A DNA stretch of 40,446 bases from Candidatus Melainabacteria bacterium (GCA_016178265.1 JACOTS010000052.1:1-40446), one strand, 5' to 3'; shown: positions 9,431 through 15,503, counted from the stretch's first letter. Translations and numbers: made by a program. The notes: a model not told the origin generated them from the letters alone.

Positions 9431-9651
9431 GCAAAACAATTTGTAGGATTTGTCCAATTTACTTGGCAAATCCGGTAAGGCGAAAATAAGGAAGGAACGA
9501 GCCGAGTGTTCGCACGAGACGAGCAAAATAAAGTGAGGAAAGACAAGGATAAAATCGGAGAAGAAAAAATAAGCTTTTTGTGTGATTCATTCACCAAAAA
9601 GCGTCGAGAAAGGGGAGCGAGCTGAGCATTCGTGCGAAGCGAGCGGTAAAA
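9431..9651 (+). repeat. structured repeat cassette, two tandem type-1 units
   Basis: Unit 1: hairpin H 9446-9473, GA hairpin S 9495-9526. Unit 2: H 9573-9602, S 9615-9646, then TAAAA and the rpmJ ATG. The reverse complement closely matches 14250-14398 and 12468-12550. Confidence 0.9.
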
Positions 9652-9765
9652 ATGAAACACAGAGCATCAGTAAAAAAATTATGTGCAAAGTGCAAAATTA
9701 TAAGACGCAAAGGCCGGGTAGTGGTTATTTGCGAAAATCCTAAGCACAAGCAAAAACAGCATTAA
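9652..9765 (+). CDS. rpmJ: 50S ribosomal protein L36 (not in the ORF track; 37 aa)
   Basis: Manual translation gives [37 protein letters not shown], the L36 zinc-ribbon pattern, in the canonical position after infA. Confidence 0.9.
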   Translation: MKHRASVKKLCAKCKIIRRKGRVVVICENPKHKQKQH

Positions 9766-9779
9766 CGATTTTAGATTTT

Positions 9780-10553
9780 ATGTCTAAATTAAAATTGCTT
9801 TCTTGGAATGTAAACGGCATAAGAGCTTCTCATAAAAAAGGCTTTTTGAATTGGTTAGAAAAAGAAAAGCCTGATATTCTTTGTGTTCAGGAAACAAAAG
9901 CGCAAGAGGAACAATTAACCAGTGAACTTCTTAGCCCTAATTGCTATAAAACATATTGGTCAAGTGCAGAAAAAAAAGGATATAGCGGAGTTGCAACTTA
10001 TACAAAAATTGAACCAAAAGAAGTAAAAAAAGGTCTTGGCATTAAAAGATTAGATAATGAAGGTAGAACTTTAATTTCAGACTTTGGTGATTTTATTTTA
10101 TACAACATTTATTTCCCAAATGGGCAAAGAAGTCAGGAGAGACTTGATTTTAAGCTGGATTTTTACAATGAGTTTTTAAAACAAGTAAACAAGCTCAAAG
10201 ATAAAGGTAAAAAAATTATAGTTTGCGGTGATGTAAACACAGCACATACAGAGATTGACTTAGCAAGGCCCAGAGAAAATAAAGATACTAGTGGGTTTCT
10301 GCCTGTTGAAAGAAGCTGGATGGATAAGTTTTTTTCATATGGTTATATAGATACTTTCAGGCATTTTTGTAAAGAGGGCGGGCATTATACATACTGGGAT
10401 CCAGTTACAAGAGCCCGTGAAAGAAATGTTGGGTGGAGAATAGACTACTTTTTTATTACTCCAAATCTTTTAAAGAGCCTAAAAAAAGCATTTATTCTCT
10501 CTGATGTAATGGGATCAGATCACTGTCCTCTTGGAATTGAATTAGAACTTTAA
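9780..10553 (+). CDS. xth: exodeoxyribonuclease III (AP endonuclease)
   Basis: WNVNGIRA...CVQETK...GDVNTAH...SDHCP motifs of the ExoIII/EEP family. Confidence 0.9.
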   Translation: MSKLKLLSWNVNGIRASHKKGFLNWLEKEKPDILCVQETKAQEEQLTSELLSPNCYKTYWSSAEKKGYSGVATYTKIEPKEVKKGLGIKRLDNEGRTLISDFGDFILYNIYFPNGQRSQERLDFKLDFYNEFLKQVNKLKDKGKKIIVCGDVNTAHTEIDLARPRENKDTSGFLPVERSWMDKFFSYGYIDTFRHFCKEGGHYTYWDPVTRARERNVGWRIDYFFITPNLLKSLKKAFILSDVMGSDHCPLGIELEL

Positions 10554-10963
10554 TTTAAAGATACTGGCGCAGTAAACAGTGAGTGATTTCTCTCACGCTC
10601 TTCTTGTATACGACTTCTAACAAAAAATGGATTTCCATATGCCAGTGCTGCTTGTGTAGCAATTACACCTTCTCTTACAGGGGTTGGCATTCTGGATGCA
10701 GGGTCTATTATTTCGTTAGCTTGAGTAACTGTACCAAAGTTTGTTCCATGAATATCATCATGTGTAGGAGTATTAGCTATTCTGCTAAATCCAATATGTA
10801 CTGGAATTGAATTTCTTTGAGCAATATTTACATGTGAAGAGGTTATGGCTTGAGGCCTAGTATTGTTAAAAGGATATCTTTGAACTGGTTGAACTCTTTC
10901 TTGTTGAGCAAGAGCTCTTAAGTCATTTATTCTTGTATTTGGAAATCCAACCGGTGCTATCAA
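10550..10963 (-). CDS. hypothetical protein (137 aa)
   Basis: TTG start at 10963 with GAGGAG 8 nt upstream. No family recognised. Converges on xth with a 4-nt overlap. Confidence 0.45.
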   Translation of the reverse strand: MIAPVGFPNTRINDLRALAQQERVQPVQRYPFNNTRPQAITSSHVNIAQRNSIPVHIGFSRIANTPTHDDIHGTNFGTVTQANEIIDPASRMPTPVREGVIATQAALAYGNPFFVRSRIQEERERNHSLFTAPVSLN

Positions 10964-11090
10964 TGTACTATCTCCTCAATAGGAAAATTGTCTTATACAT
11001 AGGACATTTAGTCAAGTGATTGACCCTCAAACTGTGTAAAAAAGTTTATTTAACCTATGTTTAAACTTAATTTAACCAAGTTTTAACCAA

Positions 11091-12467
11091 TTACTTCAGC
11101 ACATTCACCATATCCACGACGGTTTTTTTGGCATCTCCAAATATCATCATGGTTTTTGGCAGATAAAACAATTCATTTTCAATTCCTGCAAATCCTGCTG
11201 CCATTGATCTTTTTAGAAAAATAATTGTTTTTGCTTTATCTACATCTAATATAGGCATTCCATAGATTGGGCTTCCTGGATTATTTTTTGCTGCAGGATT
11301 TGTAACATCATTTGCACCAACAACAAGTGCCACATCAGCTCTTTCAAATTCTGTGTTAATTTGATCCATTTCATAAAGTTTTTCATAAGGCACATTTGCT
11401 TCAGCAAGAAGAACATTCATATGGCCTGGCATACGTCCTGCAACTGGATGGATTGCATATTTTACTTCAACTCCTTTGGCTTCAAGCATATCAGCAAGTT
11501 CTCTTAAATTATGCTGTGCTTGAGCAACTGCAAGTCCATACCCAGGAACAATTATTACTTCATTTGCATTTTCAAGCACGATCTGTGCATCATCTACAGA
11601 ATATCCTTGAACTGATTTTGCTTTTCCATTGGTTGCAGCTGTTGCAGAAGCTTCAACTTTTCCAAATGCACCAAACATAACATTAGTCAGGGACCTATTC
11701 ATTGCTTTGCACATAATTCTAGTTAGTATCATTCCTGATGCACCAACAAGTGCCCCTGTTACAATTAGCGCATAATTTGAGAGTGCAAAACCAGCAGCAC
11801 ATGCAGCCATTCCTGAATATGAGTTTAAAAGTGCTACAACAACAGGCATATCTGCTCCGCCTATCGGAAGCACAAGAAAAATTCCAAGTGAAAATGAAAT
11901 AGCACATATTACCCCTGCCCATAAAATGTGTTCAGGATGCATAAAAAGAAAAATTGCACCTGTTACAATCACAAAAAACTGAAGCAGATTTAATGTTTTT
12001 TGAAATGGATATGTAACTGGTTGTCCTGTAACAATTCCCTGAAGCTTTCCATACGCTACAAGACTTCCGGAAAAAGTAATAAGTCCTATGACTAAAGTAA
12101 TTAAAATTGTAGATATTTCATAAAGAGTTGGAGTTGGATAAAGCCTTACATACTCAGATACAACTACAAGTGCTGAAGCAAGACCTCCATAGCCATTAAG
12201 AAGCCCAACCATTTGAGGCATCTCTGTCATTTTGACTGTTACTGCAAGAAACGCTCCGATAGCTGAACCAAGTATAATTCCAATTATTATAAGCTGATAA
12301 TTTATTACATTTCTCTCAAATAAAGTTGCACAGATTGCAATTAACATTCCAAATGCTGAAAGAAAATTTCCATTTCTTGCAGTCTTTGGATGACTAAGCA
12401 TTTTTAAACCAAGAATAAATAAAACTGCTGAAATTAAGTATGATATGTAAATTATGTTCTCTCGCAT
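11091..12467 (-). CDS. pntB: NAD(P) transhydrogenase subunit beta
   Basis: Multi-TM N-terminus and a C-terminal dIII NADP(H) domain (VPGYGLAVAQAQH...HPVAGRMPGHMNVLLAEA...GANDVTNPAA). Confidence 0.95.
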   Translation of the reverse strand: MRENIIYISYLISAVLFILGLKMLSHPKTARNGNFLSAFGMLIAICATLFERNVINYQLIIIGIILGSAIGAFLAVTVKMTEMPQMVGLLNGYGGLASALVVVSEYVRLYPTPTLYEISTILITLVIGLITFSGSLVAYGKLQGIVTGQPVTYPFQKTLNLLQFFVIVTGAIFLFMHPEHILWAGVICAISFSLGIFLVLPIGGADMPVVVALLNSYSGMAACAAGFALSNYALIVTGALVGASGMILTRIMCKAMNRSLTNVMFGAFGKVEASATAATNGKAKSVQGYSVDDAQIVLENANEVIIVPGYGLAVAQAQHNLRELADMLEAKGVEVKYAIHPVAGRMPGHMNVLLAEANVPYEKLYEMDQINTEFERADVALVVGANDVTNPAAKNNPGSPIYGMPILDVDKAKTIIFLKRSMAAGFAGIENELFYLPKTMMIFGDAKKTVVDMVNVLK

Positions 12468-12595
12468 TTTTTAATACCGCTCGTTTCGCGCTAACGCTCA
12501 ACTCGCTTTTTTCCTCCAGCGCTTTTTGGTGAATGAATCACACAAAAAGCTTATCTCTCCTTTTTCCCTAGTTTCTATCTCTTACCTCTTATCTC
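12468..12595 (-). repeat. structured repeat cassette, type 1, fills the pntAB-pntB spacer
   Basis: In RNA (minus) orientation: heptads 12573-12600, H 12521-12550, GGAGG (revcomp of 12513-12517), S 12477-12506, UAUUAAAAA, then the pntB AUG (12467). Confidence 0.9.
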
Positions 12596-12880
12596 TTATT
12601 TCTTCTTAAACATCTTAAGCATACGATCAGTTACTGTATATCCACCAACTACATTTATTGTTGCAAAAACTATTGCTACACACCCAAGAACAGTAGCTAA
12701 GTTTGTTTCCCCATATCCTGCAGATAGAAGTGCACCAACAACCGAGATGCCAGAAATTGCATTGGAACCTGACATAAGAGGAGTATGCAATGTAGGTGGA
12801 ACCTTGGTAATAACTTCAAACCCAACAAAAATTGCAAGTACAAGAATATAAAGTGTAATTAAAAATTCTCCAAATATCAT
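12596..12880 (-). CDS. pntAB: NAD(P) transhydrogenase subunit alpha part 2 (membrane part)
   Basis: 94-aa hydrophobic protein with HTPLMSGSNAISGI, the typical split alpha2 subunit, between pntAA and pntB. Confidence 0.9.
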   Translation of the reverse strand: MIFGEFLITLYILVLAIFVGFEVITKVPPTLHTPLMSGSNAISGISVVGALLSAGYGETNLATVLGCVAIVFATINVVGGYTVTDRMLKMFKKK

Positions 12881-13091
12881 TTTAATATCGCTCGTTTCGC
12901 ACGAATGCTCAACTCGCTTTTCCTTCCCGGCGACTTTTGCCGAGTAAATCGGACAAAAGTCTTAGGTTTTTTCTGATTCCTATTTCCTAATTCCTATCTC
13001 CTTATTTTATACCGCTCGCCTCTTCGCTTTTACCTTTTTCTTTTCCCATTTTCCCTGATTCCTATCTCCTAGCTCCTATTTCCTATCTTTT
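12881..13091 (-). repeat. structured repeat cassette, type 1 plus a partial second unit, fills the pntAA-pntAB spacer
   Basis: S 12888-12917, H 12932-12961, heptads (TCCTAnn)x4 at 12978-13005, a partial ACCGCTCGCC unit at 13011-13030, and heptads x4 at 13060-13087. The pntAB AUG (12880) follows GAGCGAUAUUAAA. Confidence 0.9.
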
Positions 13092-14249
13092 TTAATGCAC
13101 CTTTGCAAGTAAATGTTTAATGTCTTCTTTTAATACTACCCCCTGATGAGTAATAAGCGCACCTTTTATAATCTCATCATTTAAATCTAAATTTAGCAAT
13201 TTATCTTTTACGAGAAGCGAAATCACACTTTCCATGTTTTTTGAAAACATTTGGCTTGCATGCATTGGCATAGAAGATGGCAAATTAATTGGACCACAAA
13301 TCTTTACACCGTTTTTTATTACATCTTTTCCAAGTTCAGTAAGTTCACAATTCCCTCCCATATCAGCTGCCAAATCAACAATTACAGAGCCTGGTTGCAT
13401 GCCCAACACGGCTTTTTCACTAATTAAAACCGGTGCTCTTTTCCCTGGAATTTGTGCTGTAGTTATAACCACATCAAATCTTTTTATCTGCTCTGCCATA
13501 AACTCTAGTTCTCTTTTGTGGCTATCGCTGGAAAGCTGTTTTGCATATCCGCCTTCCCCTTCTGTTTTTTCTCCCTTTAAATCAAAAGAAACAAACCTTG
13601 CTCCTAAGCTTTCTATTTGTTCTTTTACTACAGGTCTTGTATCAAAAGCTTCTACAACAGCACCTAGTCTTCTTGCTGTTGCTATTGCTTGAAGCCCGGC
13701 AACACCAGCTCCAATTACAAATACTTTTGCAGGTGCAATGGTACCTGCTGCAGTCATAAACATTGGAAAAAACTTAGGCAAATTAGCTGCTGCAATTAAA
13801 ACCGCTTTATAGCCTGCTATTGTACTCATAGCACTTAAGACATCCATACTCTGTGCTCTTGTAATCCTTGGAATACTGTCAAGAGAGAAAGCTGATATTT
13901 TTCTAGAAACAAGTCTTTGTATCCCGTCCACATTAGTTGCTGGTTGAAGCAAAGAAACTAAGCAACTCCCTTCTTTCATCATATTAATTTCATACTCGTC
14001 AGCTTTTTCGTTAAACTCTGGTTTATTGATTTTCATTACCAGATCTGCCGATGCAAATAGTTCCATTGGACTTTTAACAATTTCTGCACCTGCTTCTTTA
14101 TAATTTTCATCAAAAAAGTATGCGGCTTGCCCGGCATTTTGTTCAATTAATACCTGAATACCCTTGCTAGTGATTTTCTTTACGCTTTGAGGAATTAGCG
14201 CAACCCTTGTTTCATTTTGAATGATTTCTTTTGGGATACCGAGTTTCAT
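13092..14249 (-). CDS. pntAA: NAD(P) transhydrogenase subunit alpha part 1 (dI, NAD(H)-binding)
   Basis: MKLGIPKE..NETRVA start, alanine-dehydrogenase/PNT fold and the Rossmann motif VIGAGVAGLQA. Confidence 0.95.
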   Translation of the reverse strand: MKLGIPKEIIQNETRVALIPQSVKKITSKGIQVLIEQNAGQAAYFFDENYKEAGAEIVKSPMELFASADLVMKINKPEFNEKADEYEINMMKEGSCLVSLLQPATNVDGIQRLVSRKISAFSLDSIPRITRAQSMDVLSAMSTIAGYKAVLIAAANLPKFFPMFMTAAGTIAPAKVFVIGAGVAGLQAIATARRLGAVVEAFDTRPVVKEQIESLGARFVSFDLKGEKTEGEGGYAKQLSSDSHKRELEFMAEQIKRFDVVITTAQIPGKRAPVLISEKAVLGMQPGSVIVDLAADMGGNCELTELGKDVIKNGVKICGPINLPSSMPMHASQMFSKNMESVISLLVKDKLLNLDLNDEIIKGALITHQGVVLKEDIKHLLAKVH

Positions 14250-14420
14250 CTTTTACCGCTCGCTTCGCACGAATGCTCAGCTCGCTCCTTATTTTCGACG
14301 CTTTTTGGTGAGTGAATCACACAAAAAGCTTATTTCCTACTTTTCTACTTTATCGGATTTGCTGGATAAACCAGACAAATCCTACAAATTGTTTTATGCT
14401 CTGATCTTCTTCTGATTCCT
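14250..14420 (-). repeat. structured repeat cassette (type 1) forming the pntAA 5' leader
   Basis: S 14256-14285 (same core as 9617-9646), H 14300-14329, a second H 14355-14382, the shared TACAAATTGTTTT edge, and a pyrimidine tail up to 14420. GAGCGGUAAAAG precedes the pntAA AUG. Confidence 0.9.
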
Positions 14421-14424
14421 CTTC

Positions 14425-14452
14425 ATTATAAATTTAATCATAAACATTGTAA
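14425..14452 (-). promoter_or_regulatory. sigma70-like promoter candidate for the pnt operon
   Basis: On the minus strand: TTACAA (14452-14447), 16-nt spacer, TATAAT (14430-14425). The cassette at 14250-14420 would then be transcribed as leader. Confidence 0.4.
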
Positions 14453-14483
14453 AAGTATTGTTATTTTGAAAATTAACTTATAG

Positions 14484-14622
14484 GATAACTGCTCACCTAA
14501 TAGAAGCAATCTTGTGGGTGACACCGGAAGGGAGGGGGTCCATGAGCAAGGTACGTAGCTCATGGAGGGTGACCTGTAGGTGGCAGGACCCACTAAGTTA
14601 TAGCTAGCAAGGTGAGCAGTTA
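14484..14622. other. 139-nt long imperfect hairpin (candidate structured RNA or MITE-like element), class unknown
   Basis: A perfect 13-bp closing stem ATAACTGCTCACC/GGTGAGCAGTTAT. Inner stems CTTGTGGG/CCCAC(T)AAG and CCATGAGC/GCTCATGG. GC-rich core. A partial third copy of the arm (GGTAACTACTCACC) sits at 14756-14769. Confidence 0.35.
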
Positions 14623-14635
14623 TAAAAGGAACTTT

Positions 14636-14659
14636 TGTACATTCGTACAAGTCTATAAA
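14636..14659 (+). promoter_or_regulatory. palindrome TGTAC-ATTC-GTACA (LexA-box-like) next to a TATAAA -10 candidate
   Basis: Perfect inverted half-sites at 14636-14649, 4 nt upstream of TATAAA (14654-14659) and about 270 nt upstream of lexA. It resembles the GTAC-N4-GTWC LexA box type reported for cyanobacteria (from memory). Confidence 0.3.
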
Positions 14660-14806
14660 ACTGGTCAAGCAAGTGGTAGCTAGCAGCTTACCCAATAATC
14701 TTGCATTTTTACTCCTCAAATACTTAAAACGCTAGCTACCGACCATTAAATTATGGGTAACTACTCACCATCTATAAAATGACCACTATAGCAATTTATC
14801 AGGAAA

Positions 14807-14921
14807 GGTTTTGTCCGACTTGTTCGGCAAAACCTGGACATCGTGGTAAGAAGCAAATATCTAGTGCACTCTGGAAAGGTGGCGAGCAAGTTATGAGCGA
14901 GCCACCTGAGTAAAAACAATT
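14807..14921 (+). repeat. structured repeat cassette, type 2 (long variant), lexA leader
   Basis: H 14807-14834 (GGUUUUG-U-CCGA-CUUGU-UCGG-CAAAACC), a middle block shared with 20338-20379, and S-like 14878-14906 (GGTGGCGAGCAAGTTATGAGCGAGCCACC). TGAGTAAAAACAATT then leads to the lexA ATG. Confidence 0.8.
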
Positions 14922-15503
14922 ATGGCAACAGAACTTACAGAAAACCAAACCGGATTTTTAAACGGGCTTAAAAAGCAATACAGAAAAACCCCGCTTCCAT
15001 CCATAAGACAAATAGCAGAAGATCTTGGTTTTAAATATCACAATTCTGTTCAACACTATCTTGAAATATTAATGTTTCAAGGCATTATTAAAAAAATCGA
15101 TGATTTTTTATATCTAGATAAAAATTTGTTTGGTTTAAAGATCTTTGATTCCAGGGTACCTGCAGGGCTTCCTGCTCAAAGCGATGATAGCTATGAAGTT
15201 TTTGATTTTGATGAATTCATGAACATTGATAATGAGAGAGGATTTATGCTTAGGGTCTCCGGAGATTCTATGATAGACGCTGGAATACATGATGGTGATT
15301 TAATTACAGTAGATACAAAAATCAGGCCCACACATGGGCTTATAGTTGTTGCAATAGTAGATGGTGGTTATACAGTTAAGTACTTACGCAAAAAAGGAAA
15401 TAAATATTATTTAAAAGCAGCTAACCCAAAATATAATGATATTCACCCAGAGCATGAGTTTAAGGTGGTTGGTGTGGTAACCGGTTCTATCCGTAAATTT
15501 TAG
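14922..15503 (+). CDS. lexA: LexA repressor
   Basis: N-terminal winged HTH, an Ala-Gly cleavage site (VPAGLPA), and the S24 peptidase Ser (SGDSM) and Lys (TVKYL). Confidence 0.9.
   Translation: MATELTENQTGFLNGLKKQYRKTPLPSIRQIAEDLGFKYHNSVQHYLEILMFQGIIKKIDDFLYLDKNLFGLKIFDSRVPAGLPAQSDDSYEVFDFDEFMNIDNERGFMLRVSGDSMIDAGIHDGDLITVDTKIRPTHGLIVVAIVDGGYTVKYLRKKGNKYYLKAANPKYNDIHPEHEFKVVGVVTGSIRKF

Noticed and set aside
9334-9660. 108-aa minus-strand ORF, and the 64-aa plus-strand ORF at 14221..14415, which share the peptide [13 protein letters not shown]...RRFLV.ESHKKLI
   Set aside because: Both are translations of the same repeat cassette in the same relative frame, so the shared peptide simply reflects repeated DNA. 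They span intergenic spacers, overlap the infA/rpmJ/pntAA ends, and have no RBS.
11069-11080. AATTTAACCAAG shared with 17864..17875, both in intergenic regions (possible regulatory motif)
   Set aside because: It is an AT-rich 12-mer with only two copies, oriented differently relative to the neighbouring genes. This is within chance expectation for an AT-rich window.
12521-12550. H hairpins as rho-independent terminators
   Set aside because: No U-run directly follows the stem in either orientation. They also sit inside operons whose downstream cistrons (pntAB, pntB, rpmJ) must be expressed.
9431-14420. Could the repeated hairpins be a CRISPR array?
   Set aside because: The repeats are not regularly spaced, they differ in sequence, they lie on both strands between and inside genes, and no cas genes or leader are present.
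14440-14457. ATAAACATTGTAAAA shared with 18436..18450 upstream of purB
   Set aside because: At 14447-14452 the word coincides with the -35 hexamer of the pnt promoter candidate on the opposite strand. At purB it would be in the other orientation. Two AT-rich copies are insufficient to call a motif.
14484-14622. Possible SRP (4.5S) RNA: UGUAGGUGGCAGGACCCAC resembles the E. coli 4.5S 3' strand UGUAGCUGGCAGGGCCCCCAC, and there is a CCGGAAGG tetraloop-like string
   Set aside because: The universally conserved domain IV features (GGAA loop closed by UCC/GGA with the AGCA/AGG symmetric loop) cannot be placed, and the apical part folds differently. Left as an unknown structured element pending an Rfam scan.
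14438-14719. 93-aa minus-strand ORF across the long hairpin region
   Set aside because: It runs through perfect inverted repeats and GC-rich stems. Its composition is odd (Cys/Leu/Thr-rich), it has no RBS, and it would start inside the lexA upstream region. Treated as non-coding structured DNA/RNA.
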